Position numbers and translations under genes: made by a program | Source of the DNA: an uncultured Gammaproteobacteria bacterium | GTDB taxonomy: Bacteria; Patescibacteriota; Microgenomatia; Daviesbacterales; UBA10151 | Direction: 5' to 3' | Length of the DNA stretch: 64,000 bases | NCBI GenBank assembly: GCA_964393525.1 | Contig: CAYMTV010000001.1 | Location: 1,545 to 65,544, forward strand | The notes under the pieces: model-generated | What the model was told of the DNA's origin: nothing | The model's input: the letters and a program-made list of their open reading frames with translations, nothing else | The model's database searches: none | In this document: positions 49,910 to 59,038 of the stretch, piece after piece | How the letters are laid out: every line of letters begins with the position of its first letter | Position numbering within the stretch: position 1 is the stretch's first letter

Positions 49910-50281
49910 TTAGGGGTTTTCCAGAAATTCCTCGATTCTATTTACTAAATCTTGAGGTGTTAACCTCTCCTTTAACAAGAAACCCTTGGCGCCCTGCTTT
50001 AAGACCTCAGTAATCAGTTTCTCCTGATCGCTTGATGCTAAAATAACCACCGGGATATTTTGAGTTTGGGGGTTTTGTTTCAATTGCTCTACAAGATTTG
50101 TGCTATTTGCTCGGATAGCCATAATATCTATTAGAATAATGCTGGGATTTGTTAGAGAAAACTGCAAAAGTTCCTCCTCATTTTTAGCAGTAACTACCTC
50201 AAAATTGGCATTGTTTAGAGCCTGCATATAAATTTCAAGCAAAAAAGGCGAGTCTTCAAATAGCAAAATTTTTCTTCGCAT
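49910..50281 (-). CDS. Single-domain response regulator (atypical receiver)
   Basis: ILLFED, ILIDIM, GAKGFLLK; likely start MRRKILL. Confidence 0.8.
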   Translation of the reverse strand: MRRKILLFEDSPFLLEIYMQALNNANFEVVTAKNEEELLQFSLTNPSIILIDIMAIRANSTNLVEQLKQNPQTQNIPVVILASSDQEKLITEVLKQGAKGFLLKERLTPQDLVNRIEEFLENP

Positions 50282-50285
50282 ATTT

Positions 50286-51845
50286 TTAAGAGTGTAAATT
50301 AATTGCGTTTTGGTCAGATAATTGCCTGGTTTGGATTGCAACAGGTAGACTAAAGCTAAAGGTAGAGCCCCGCCCGAGTTCTGATTGGACCCAAATCCTG
50401 CCTTTATGAAGTTCAACAATTGCTTTAGAAATATAAAGCCCCAAGCCTGTTCCAACAACGTTTTGCTCCAGTTTTCCGGAGGCCCTAAAGAATTTAGTGA
50501 AAAGATGCGGGATTGCATCTTTGGCGATTCCCTGACCTGTGTCCGTGACATGAGTTATGACATCATTGCTAATGTGCTCAAGCCAGACCTGGATTTGTCC
50601 TCCTGAGGGAGTATAATTTATGGCATTGGCGATTAAGTTATTTACGACCTCGCTAATTCTCATCTGGTCGGCTTGAATGAAAGGAATAGGGGTGGCGGGT
50701 TTAATAAATGACAGGGTAATTCTTTTATCAGATGCCCGAATTATAAAGTCGTGGACTGTCTGGTCAACAAAAGCGACCCAATCCAAAGGCTGGGCTGAAA
50801 TTGTTATCGCTCCCCGTTCGATTCTGGAGACGTTTAGAAGATTTTCAACTAAAGCCGACAACTTCTGGGCGGAGATGCCGATTCTATCCAGAAGCATTTT
50901 TTGATCGGTATTAAATCCTTTACCGTATTCTTCAATAAAAACCTGAAGGTAGCCCTTAATAGAGGTTAATGGGGTTCTTAGTTCATGTGCCGCGACAGAT
51001 ACAAAGTCAACCTTCATCTTATCCAGCTGCTTATTTTCCGAAACATCATGCAAGTTTATGATATGACCGATATCATTCCCTCTGCTATCTTGCATAATAA
51101 AAGAGGCAAGATCGACAAATATCTCCTTTCTTTTTTCGCTGTTTTTTAAATCATCCAAGGTTGGGTAGTCCTGAAAGGGTTTTGTAGGTTTAACGTGTTC
51201 ATGAAGCAAGTCCCGGTCTAAAAGTTTAACCCCTTTTCTAAAAAAAGCGGTTTGATTTAAATTGGTTCCAGGGCAATATATTGAGGGGTCTATATCCAAA
51301 CTGTTTTCTATAAACCGGATCACTTCATTGATTGGCTTTCCGATAACTTCTCCGGTTGACCAACCGGTTAATTTTTCCGCAGCTTTATTAAAAACCATTA
51401 CTTGACGGTTTAGGTTAAGAGCGATGATCGGGTCTATCGCATAGTCCAAAGAGAAAGCCAGGATGTTCCTTTCCGAGAAGATCCGGTTTTGGTTTTGAGC
51501 AGTATTTTGTAGCTTTTTATTTACAGTATCAATTAAGTTATTGATGGAATTTGCCAAATCTTCCAGCTCGTCCTGGGTTTTAAGATTAATTTTGTAGTCA
51601 AAGTGGCCCTTTGATAATAGATCTGCGCCCTCAGCCAAATTTCTAATAGGACTTATGAAAATAGTTACCAGACCAACACCGGTAAGTAAAACAACTGTTA
51701 GAATTATCAATATATCCAAAGTAGCAATCCCGGTTAGGTTAAAATTTGCCAAAATCAGAGTAACTATTGAGATCAAAAGAAACAAAACCAAAAGTTTGAT
51801 CTTTAGGCTGAAAAAGTGTTTGGCTTTTTTGAGGTTTGGGTCCAC
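50286..51845 (-). CDS. HAMP-PAS sensor histidine kinase
   Basis: 2 TM, HAMP (DELEDLA), PAS (FNKAAEKLTGW), AHELRTPL, DTGQG, GTGLGL. Confidence 0.93.
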   Translation of the reverse strand: MDPNLKKAKHFFSLKIKLLVLFLLISIVTLILANFNLTGIATLDILIILTVVLLTGVGLVTIFISPIRNLAEGADLLSKGHFDYKINLKTQDELEDLANSINNLIDTVNKKLQNTAQNQNRIFSERNILAFSLDYAIDPIIALNLNRQVMVFNKAAEKLTGWSTGEVIGKPINEVIRFIENSLDIDPSIYCPGTNLNQTAFFRKGVKLLDRDLLHEHVKPTKPFQDYPTLDDLKNSEKRKEIFVDLASFIMQDSRGNDIGHIINLHDVSENKQLDKMKVDFVSVAAHELRTPLTSIKGYLQVFIEEYGKGFNTDQKMLLDRIGISAQKLSALVENLLNVSRIERGAITISAQPLDWVAFVDQTVHDFIIRASDKRITLSFIKPATPIPFIQADQMRISEVVNNLIANAINYTPSGGQIQVWLEHISNDVITHVTDTGQGIAKDAIPHLFTKFFRASGKLEQNVVGTGLGLYISKAIVELHKGRIWVQSELGRGSTFSFSLPVAIQTRQLSDQNAINLHS

Positions 51846-51893
51846 AATTTGATTTTAACAGGCATGAAATTTAACAACAAGACAGCGGAAGGA

Positions 51894-52337
51894 TCAAGTA
51901 GGTTGATTTTGAGGTTTTTGAGGCTCCAGGGCTTTTTTAACTTCTGCCAGGACCTGATCCGGGGTATACGCTGCTTTAATTAGGTAACCCTGGGCTCCAA
52001 GCTGAAACCCCTCTTTTATAACAGTATCCTGCCCTAAGTTTGTTAAAAGCAAGACAACCATAGAGGAATTCGGGTTTTTGACTTTCCATTGTCTTAGTAC
52101 CTCAAGCCCGTTTATACCAGGTAGCATGATATCCAAAAGCAGAAGGTCAAATTGTTCTTCGGAAAGAGTCTGCAGTCCGGCGGTTCCGTCGTTAACAGTT
52201 TTTACCAGATAACCTGCTTTGGTTAGTTGTCTGGCGTATAAATCAGCAATAAAAATCTCATCCTCAATTATTAGTATCTTCCTTTGAGCTTGGGGGGGTG
52301 GAACTGTTGGGGTTTGGGGCGGAGCATCAGGTGGCAT
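51894..52337 (-). CDS. Single-domain response regulator
   Basis: LIIEDE, LLDIMLP, LTN, YLIK. Confidence 0.9.
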   Translation of the reverse strand: MPPDAPPQTPTVPPPQAQRKILIIEDEIFIADLYARQLTKAGYLVKTVNDGTAGLQTLSEEQFDLLLLDIMLPGINGLEVLRQWKVKNPNSSMVVLLLTNLGQDTVIKEGFQLGAQGYLIKAAYTPDQVLAEVKKALEPQKPQNQPT

Positions 52338-52483
52338 AGTACTATTCAAGGTAGTAAGTTTTAGCCTATTTGTCAACCCAAGGTTTTAATAGAATCCTAT
52401 AGTTTGAAGAATTATTTGTTTAGGTATATAATTGTTCACAATTAATTGTGAACAGATTTATTGTTTCACAATATAATTTGGAT

Positions 52484-53140
52484 ATGAGTATAGAGATAAA
52501 AATCAGACCGGGGATTACGGAAATTGCTGCTGGGGTAAAAGCCAAAGTAGGACTTCTTAGGCGAAAATTGAGAGATGCGAGCGAAACTGCTCTTCATGAA
52601 ACAGAACACCTCCTAACATTATTACTAAGAAGAAAGGGATTTAGAAGAGCTACAATTAATCCCGGGCCAGGATATCTTGGAATGGTTGAGCCATACGAGT
52701 ATGATGCGCCTTCCTTTGCAGCGCCTGCTGCAAGGTGCCGAGGTGGCGTAGGGCATGATTTGGCTGTTGTTGCAGCTATGGGAGATGATATTGGTATTGC
52801 AAAGTCAGTAGCCAACAGCACCTTAGCTGGAAACGAAAGAAAATTGCTTGTTGTCGCTTCCAGACTAGAGGAAGAAGGTGAAATTACCCAAACTGATGCA
52901 GAGAGAGCTATAGATGATGATGCAAACCCCTTTGCTCGAATTGAGATATTAGGACCTAATGTAAATAGGAAATTTGAACAAAAAACTTGGGAACAGGAAG
53001 GGCATTTAGTAAGTATTGAGTTAGCGGATTTTGAATTAGATAGCCATCCATTGGCAGAAAAAGTGAACGGAAATATATTAACCTTCAGACCGAGAACCGG
53101 TGTTCATCGTTGGCAAGAACCGGAACTGAAAGTTGGCTAG
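52484..53140 (+). CDS. Hypothetical protein with HExxH motif (M41-like peptidase domain)
   Basis: TALHETEH, ATI.P...LG, G..HDL. Confidence 0.55.
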   Translation: MSIEIKIRPGITEIAAGVKAKVGLLRRKLRDASETALHETEHLLTLLLRRKGFRRATINPGPGYLGMVEPYEYDAPSFAAPAARCRGGVGHDLAVVAAMGDDIGIAKSVANSTLAGNERKLLVVASRLEEEGEITQTDAERAIDDDANPFARIEILGPNVNRKFEQKTWEQEGHLVSIELADFELDSHPLAEKVNGNILTFRPRTGVHRWQEPELKVG

Positions 53141-53214
53141 TACCGCGTACGGGAGTCGAACCCGTGATTTCATGGATGAGAACCATGTGTCCTAGGCCAC
53201 TAGACGAACGCGGC
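53141..53214 (-). tRNA. tRNA-Glu (anticodon CTC)
   Basis: Reverse complement: gccgcgt acceptor, catgg-ttCTCat-ccatg, acggg-ttcgact-cccgt. Confidence 0.95.
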
Positions 53215-54189
53215 AAGTCAAACTTGCCAGCCGAGTTTGACTCGGCGGCGTAGAGTAAATTTTAACAAATTTCTTGGTTTTATTCTAATAGAGTTAATAT
53301 TTTAAAGGTGGGGTTTTTGGAAATGGTCTTCTATTTTCTGGAAGGAGATCAGCGATACTTGTTTGAATTAATAAAGCAGGCTGGGATAATTGCTTTAAAT
53401 ATTCTTCTTCTGAAAGAGATCTTCTTTGTTTTCTTAAATCATGCCATGGACTTAAATCTAAGTTTGGTCCAGTTTTGACAATAATTTTTTCTGGTTTAGG
53501 TAATATAGCTCCTGGAGGTAAAGCTTCATATGTTCCAATTTGGACTAAGGGAAATGATGGTGTGCCTTGTCTGGAAGCTTCAATAGCGAGTAACACTAGA
53601 GTCTGATTCATGGAGCCTAATCTTCCGCTCCTGCTTCTAGTACCTTCGGGTGCTATACATATAGTTCTCCCGTGTCTTAATTCATCCAAGATCCTTCTCA
53701 CGGCGGCTAGATCCTGGCCATTTCTATTAACATAAATGGCACCCCATTGATTTAACATCCAGCCAACAACTGGAATTTTTCCCATAGATTCTTTTACAAC
53801 CATGGTTGTGGTGGGGTTGTGATAGGGATCAGCTACCATTGAGGCAATTGTATCAAGTAAGCTAAAATGAGAGGTAAGAGCAATAGCCGGGCCTTTCTTT
53901 GGTAAACTGGGATCAAAGTCAACTTCCAGTTTATGGTAAAAGCTCATATAAGCTCCCAAGACTCCTTTCATTATTTTTTGGGCTGGTTTGTCTAAATTTG
54001 GATTTGGTTGTTTGGAAGTTGGATTTAGTCTTTCACCCATAATGACTTAAGGCAATTTTGAAATTGTAACATAGTATCTCCACCCTCGGGGTGAATTAGG
54101 TTCACACTCGGGATCCTCGATCCCGACTGTGTCGTGGATCGGGAACGAACCAGCAAGTCAAACTTGCCAGCCGAGTTTGACTCGGCGGC
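53213..54189. repeat. 37-bp perfect direct repeat, two copies 940 bp apart (53213-53249, 54153-54189)
   Basis: gcaagtcaaacttgccagccgagtttgactcggcggc; each followed on the plus strand by a(a)attttaacaaat. Confidence 0.9.
53294..54040 (-). CDS. PlsC-family lysophospholipid acyltransferase
   Basis: HFSLLD (Hx4D), YVNR, APEGTRS. Confidence 0.88.
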   Translation of the reverse strand: MGERLNPTSKQPNPNLDKPAQKIMKGVLGAYMSFYHKLEVDFDPSLPKKGPAIALTSHFSLLDTIASMVADPYHNPTTTMVVKESMGKIPVVGWMLNQWGAIYVNRNGQDLAAVRRILDELRHGRTICIAPEGTRSRSGRLGSMNQTLVLLAIEASRQGTPSFPLVQIGTYEALPPGAILPKPEKIIVKTGPNLDLSPWHDLRKQRRSLSEEEYLKQLSQPALLIQTSIADLLPENRRPFPKTPPLKY

Positions 54190-54258
54190 TTGAGAGAACA
54201 ATTTTAACAAATCTGAGCGTATCTTTCATCTTAGCTTCAAAAAATATATACTTTAGCA

Positions 54259-55995
54259 ATGTATTGGGCGGATAAAGTTGCACAGGAAATAATTAGTTCT
54301 GGAAAATACAAACCCTACTGGGTGGATGATATGAAAACCCCATCCGGGCAAATTCATGTGGGGTCTTTACGTGGAGTTTTAGTGCATGATTTTATATATA
54401 AGTCATTAATTCATGAGGGTATAGATGCAAAATTTACTTATGTTTTTGAGGACCATGACCCCCTAGATGAAATTTCACACAATTTGGACAGAAAAGAATG
54501 GGAGAAATATTTAGGACAACCTTTATTTACCGTCCCTTCTCCTGATGGAGATAAAGAAAAAAACTTTGCCCAGCATTTTTCTTTAGAATTTAAAGATGTC
54601 TTTAACTCCGCCGGAGCTAATCCTGAAATTATTTGGGTAAGTGATTTGTATAAGTCTGGCAGAATGAATGATGGGATAAAAAAATGTTTGGATAATGCTG
54701 ACATCATAAGGAGCATTTATGAAGAGCTTTACAAAAAACCATTACCCAAAAATTGGTACCCGTTTAAAATGGTTTGTCCTCAGTGCGGAAAAGAAGCAAC
54801 AACCGATGTAACAAATTGGGATGGTCAGGAAGTTACTTTTAGCTGTGAGATTGAAGGAATTTCCTGGACTAATGGATGTGGTTTTTCCGGTAAAGCCTCT
54901 CCTTTTTCAGGCGATGGAAAATATGTGGGAAAACTTCCCTGGAAAGTTGAATGGCCAGTTAAATGGCAGGTCATTGGTGTCACAATTGAGGGAGCTGGAA
55001 AAGATCATATGAGCGCAGGAGGGTCCCATGATGTTGCCAAACTGATTTGTGAAAGAGTTTTGGATTATTCTGTGCCCTTTCCGTTAGCTTACGAATTTTT
55101 CTTAATTGGTGGAAAAAAGATGTCTTCCTCTAAAGGGCTTGGAACTCCGGCAATTGAGATTGCAAAGATACTTCCAAATTACCTGGTGAGATTTTTATTT
55201 GCCAGAACCGATTACAGACAGGCAATAGAGTTTAATCCGCAAGGGACTATGGCAATTCCGGATCTATTTGATGAATACGACAGATGTTATAACCGCTTCA
55301 CCAAAACCCCGGACTTTAGTCTGGGCGATGCAGGCGAAGCAAAGGTTAAAGCTTCCGCGGCCAATAAGCTGCGAATCGGTTTAAGCTTAAATCATAAGAA
55401 TACCGCAGACTCTAAGCCCGCGGAAGCTTATAAAGCATATATAGATTCATCGGATGAAACTTTAGCCAGAACTTTTGAGATGTCACATATTGGGGAGTTT
55501 CCTCCCAAAGAAAAGACATTTTTACCGCGGTTTAGGGATGTTGTAAATTACTTGCAGCAGCCGACAATTGATTTGTATAAAAAATTTGAAGAGATAAAAG
55601 GTAGGTCCTTAAATGGGACAGAAGAAAAAATATTAAAAGACAGAGAAAAATATGGAAAAATTTGGCTGGAAAATTATGCCCCAATTGAATTTAAAATCCA
55701 ACTTTCAGATAAAATACCGGAGCAAGCTAAAGGTTTATCAGAAGGCCAGAAAAAATACTTAACTAAAGTTATAGATTTAATTGAGGATATTGGAGATGGA
55801 GATGAGCTTCAGCAGGCTTTATATAATCTTTCCAAAGAAATGGGTATTAATACAAAAGAAGCATTTTCGGCGATATATCTTGTAACAATCGGTAAAGAAT
55901 TTGGACCAAAAGCCGGGCATTTTTTACTTCAATACCCCAAAGAAAAAATTATTACAAGGTTTCAAGAAGCTACTGGAGACTTATTTAAGTCGTAG
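54259..55995 (+). CDS. lysS: Class I lysine--tRNA ligase with 47-aa in-frame insert
   Basis: TPSGQIHVGS, CPQC, KLPWKVEWP, GKDH, KMSSSKG. Confidence 0.95.
   Translation: MYWADKVAQEIISSGKYKPYWVDDMKTPSGQIHVGSLRGVLVHDFIYKSLIHEGIDAKFTYVFEDHDPLDEISHNLDRKEWEKYLGQPLFTVPSPDGDKEKNFAQHFSLEFKDVFNSAGANPEIIWVSDLYKSGRMNDGIKKCLDNADIIRSIYEELYKKPLPKNWYPFKMVCPQCGKEATTDVTNWDGQEVTFSCEIEGISWTNGCGFSGKASPFSGDGKYVGKLPWKVEWPVKWQVIGVTIEGAGKDHMSAGGSHDVAKLICERVLDYSVPFPLAYEFFLIGGKKMSSSKGLGTPAIEIAKILPNYLVRFLFARTDYRQAIEFNPQGTMAIPDLFDEYDRCYNRFTKTPDFSLGDAGEAKVKASAANKLRIGLSLNHKNTADSKPAEAYKAYIDSSDETLARTFEMSHIGEFPPKEKTFLPRFRDVVNYLQQPTIDLYKKFEEIKGRSLNGTEEKILKDREKYGKIWLENYAPIEFKIQLSDKIPEQAKGLSEGQKKYLTKVIDLIEDIGDGDELQQALYNLSKEMGINTKEAFSAIYLVTIGKEFGPKAGHFLLQYPKEKIITRFQEATGDLFKS
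55287..55433. mobile_element. 141-bp in-frame palindromic insertion in lysS flanked by a TTATAA duplication
   Basis: ttataa at 55287-55292 and 55428-55433; 12-bp inverted repeat aagcttccgcgg/ccgcggaagctt; cccggac-ttta-gtctggg hairpin. Confidence 0.8.
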
Positions 55996-56058
55996 CGCAA
56001 CTCTTATGCACGTGCATATTATTTGAGCAATGAAGAAAATTATAAAAGGATTTTTAAG

Positions 56059-56643
56059 ATGAAAAGAGAACAAGCGTACAAGTTACTTAAAGAGATGATT
56101 AAGTATCCTAATTTAATTAAACATGGTTTGGCTGTGGAGGCAATCATGAGAGAGCTATGTAATTATTTGAAACCCCAACATCCCGAACAACCCCAAAGTG
56201 AGTTTATAGAAGAAGAATGGGCAGTTGTTGGACTTTTGCATGATGCGGATTATGAACTGGTGGAAAAGGATCCGACAAAACACACCTTGGTGACCGAAGA
56301 AAAGTTAAAACCTATGGGTGTTTCGGATAGGATTATTAATGGGATAAAAGCTCATCATGATGGGATTAAAGATAGTAGGGATAATTTTTTAGAAAAAGCA
56401 GTATATGCGGCTGATGATATAACCGGGTTAATAACTGCTGTTACTCTGGTACGCCCCGATAAGAAACTTTCCTCTGTAACTGTAGATTCGGTAATGAAAA
56501 AATTTGACCAAAAAGCTTTTGCTGCAGGCGCAAAAAGGGAACAGATAAAAAAGGGGTGTGAGGAACTTGGAATTCCGTTGGAAGAATTTATAGGAATTTC
56601 CCTAAAAGCTATGCAGGGGATTGCAATAGAATTAGGATTGTAA
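56059..56643 (+). CDS. HD-domain phosphohydrolase
   Basis: KH..AVE, GLLHDADYE, AH, ADDITG, LVRP. Confidence 0.88.
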   Translation: MKREQAYKLLKEMIKYPNLIKHGLAVEAIMRELCNYLKPQHPEQPQSEFIEEEWAVVGLLHDADYELVEKDPTKHTLVTEEKLKPMGVSDRIINGIKAHHDGIKDSRDNFLEKAVYAADDITGLITAVTLVRPDKKLSSVTVDSVMKKFDQKAFAAGAKREQIKKGCEELGIPLEEFIGISLKAMQGIAIELGL

Positions 56644-56657
56644 TAAATTCTTCAGAG

Positions 56658-57137
56658 ATGAAACCTTTTGAACTAATGGTTAGACCTATTAGAGCAATAA
56701 GAGACTTTCAAAGAGAAAGACGAGAGGGTCAAGCACAATTCAGGCGATTTGAAAGAGAATTCTATGACCTATATTGGCGAGATCCCAGTGACTATGCAAT
56801 TGTCGATAGATGTGTAAGCATTCTTATAAATGGAGAATATCCTCTAATAGATCGGGAAAGTATTGCATACAAAGCAATGAAGAGGCTTTATAATTTAAGA
56901 GAACATGCGGGATTGTCTTCTGATCAAATACTCGATAATTTAGCTCAAAAGAGAGGTGGACGTATCCCTCCAGTTGCAAGGTTTTTAACGGAAAGATTAG
57001 ATGAAGTATTAGAAATTCCTAGAATTCCTGGAGTTAATCCTTTACATTATGCTTTAGATATGGGATTTGGTTTTAGACTTGAAGCCTTTTTAGCCGGAAA
57101 ACCAGATCCAATACTATTACTAGATGTTGCCAGTTAA
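56658..57137 (+). CDS. Hypothetical protein
   Basis: 159-aa ATG ORF in an operon-like array; no motif recognised. Confidence 0.6.
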   Translation: MKPFELMVRPIRAIRDFQRERREGQAQFRRFEREFYDLYWRDPSDYAIVDRCVSILINGEYPLIDRESIAYKAMKRLYNLREHAGLSSDQILDNLAQKRGGRIPPVARFLTERLDEVLEIPRIPGVNPLHYALDMGFGFRLEAFLAGKPDPILLLDVAS

Positions 57138-57750
57138 AGTCACTAAACTTCTGATAGGTTCCACAAATCCCGCTAAAATTGAAGAGTGGACTAAGTTTTT
57201 TAAGGATACTTTTGAGATACTTCATTTAAAAAATTTTCCAAATATAGATGATTTAGAGGAAACTGGGGAGACTTTTGCGGAGAATGCCAGAAATAAAGCT
57301 TCTCATTATGCAAAATTAACCAATGAATATACCTTTGCAGAAGACGGCGGATTTGAAATAGATGCGTTAGGGGGGGCTCCCGGAGTTCACTCAAGAAGAA
57401 TATTTCCTGGGAAAAAAGAAGCGACTGATGAAGAAATTGTTGAATATGTCCTAAAAAAGCTGGAAGGTCTTCCTAAAGAAAAAAGAACTTCCAGACTTAA
57501 GGTTGCAGTAGCGATTTCCGATCCTAATGGAAAAATAATCTTTGAGGATTTTGGGTCAATTGGCGGATATGTTTTAGAAAAAAGAGATGATTCACCAATC
57601 ATCCCGGGTTATCCTTATAGAAACCTTTTGTATATTCCGGAGCTTAATAAAACTTATGCCCAGGCTTCCGATGAGGACCATAGGAGAATTAATCATAAAA
57701 AGATTATTGCTAACAAATTGAAACAATTTTTGCTAAACTACGAGGGATAG
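57124..57750 (+). CDS. rdgB: Non-canonical purine NTP pyrophosphatase (RdgB/Ham1)
   Basis: STNPAK, EETGETFAENA..KA, EDGG, PGVHS. Confidence 0.88.
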   Translation: MLPVKVTKLLIGSTNPAKIEEWTKFFKDTFEILHLKNFPNIDDLEETGETFAENARNKASHYAKLTNEYTFAEDGGFEIDALGGAPGVHSRRIFPGKKEATDEEIVEYVLKKLEGLPKEKRTSRLKVAVAISDPNGKIIFEDFGSIGGYVLEKRDDSPIIPGYPYRNLLYIPELNKTYAQASDEDHRRINHKKIIANKLKQFLLNYEG

Positions 57751-57751
57751 T

Positions 57752-59029
57752 ATGGTAGACATTAATTTTATCCGAGATAATTTAGATATTGTAAAAAAGG
57801 CCGCTCAAGATAAGGGTCTGGAGATAGATTTGGACAAATTATTGGAGCTTGATCAAAAGAGAAGGGATTTAATTGTTGAGGTTGAGAATCTTCGGCAAAA
57901 AAGAAACCAGACGGCAAAAGACAGGAATGTTGAAGAAGGTAAGAAAATAAAAGAACAGTTGGATGGGTTGGAGGCAAATTTAAGGACTGAGGAAGAACGC
58001 TTTAACCATATGATGCTTTTTGTGCCGGGTATTCCTTCATCTGATTCACCGGTTGGTCCTGATGCCACATATAATAAAGAAGTTACTAAATGGGGTGAGA
58101 TTCCAAAGTTTGATTTTGAAGCAAAAGACCATGTAGAAATTGGAAAAGCACTGGATATTATAGACTTTGAAGCCGGAACGAAAGTCTCGGGGTTTAGGGG
58201 GTACTTTTTAAAAAATGAAGGTGCGATTTTACATTGGGCAGTTTTAAGTTATGCTTTTAACAAAATAGTTGCCAAAGGATTTAAACCAATGGTTCCGCCC
58301 ACCCTAGTCCATGAGCCGGTTTTAGTAGGCAGCGGACATTTTCCTTTTGGTAAAGAAAATGTTTATCAGATTGCCAACCCGGGTAAACTTGCAACCGGCG
58401 AAGATATTAAAAACCCGCTTTTTTTGACAGGCACCTCCGAGCCGTCGCTTTTGGCTTATTTTATGGATGAAACCTTAAAAGAAGAAGATCTGCCAATTAA
58501 AATTTGTGCCCTTACTCACTGTTATAGATCGGAAGTAGGTGATTATGGAAAAGATACCAGAGGGCTTTTCAGACTGCATGAATTTGATAAAGTAGAGCAA
58601 GTTGTGATCTGTAAAAATAGTTTGGAAGAATCGGAAAACTTGTTTCTGGAAATGCAAAAATTCTCCGAAGAAATCCTTCAGGAGCTGGGAATTCCCTATC
58701 ATATAATTGCTACCTCTACTGGAGACATGGGTGCAGGCAAATACCGGATGAATGATATTGAGTGTTGGATGCCTGGACGGGATAAGTACGGGGAAACTCA
58801 CTCAAATTCCAATTTAACAGATTGGCAGGCCAGAAGATTAAATTTAAAATTTAAGGCCAAAGATGGGAAAAATTATTATTGTTATACCTTAAACAATACG
58901 GTTATAGCCTCACCCAGGATTCTAATTGCCATTTTGGAAAACTTTCAGCAAAAAGACGGTTCGGTAAAAATTCCTAAACCTTTACAAGAATATGCTGGTT
59001 TTTCGGAAATCACTCCTAAAAAGAAGTAA
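57752..59029 (+). CDS. serS: Serine--tRNA ligase
   Basis: N-terminal coiled coil, GTSE, CYRSE, RLHEFDKVEQ, DWQARR, LNNT. Confidence 0.96.
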   Translation: MVDINFIRDNLDIVKKAAQDKGLEIDLDKLLELDQKRRDLIVEVENLRQKRNQTAKDRNVEEGKKIKEQLDGLEANLRTEEERFNHMMLFVPGIPSSDSPVGPDATYNKEVTKWGEIPKFDFEAKDHVEIGKALDIIDFEAGTKVSGFRGYFLKNEGAILHWAVLSYAFNKIVAKGFKPMVPPTLVHEPVLVGSGHFPFGKENVYQIANPGKLATGEDIKNPLFLTGTSEPSLLAYFMDETLKEEDLPIKICALTHCYRSEVGDYGKDTRGLFRLHEFDKVEQVVICKNSLEESENLFLEMQKFSEEILQELGIPYHIIATSTGDMGAGKYRMNDIECWMPGRDKYGETHSNSNLTDWQARRLNLKFKAKDGKNYYCYTLNNTVIASPRILIAILENFQQKDGSVKIPKPLQEYAGFSEITPKKK

Positions 59030-59038
59030 TACCGGTTT

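Noticed and set aside
50282-50551. N-terminal extension of the 213-aa ORF 49910..50551
   Set aside because: Overlaps the kinase in another frame; the receiver domain begins at MRRKILL (50281)
54075-54153. Second tRNA or SRP RNA after the duplicated leader
   Set aside because: No cloverleaf/T-loop and no SRP GGAA-tetraloop domain could be built; reported only as a hairpin
55287-55433. Intein or self-splicing intron in lysS
   Set aside because: 47 aa/141 nt is too short, and it lacks C/S...HN intein ends and group I/II core motifs
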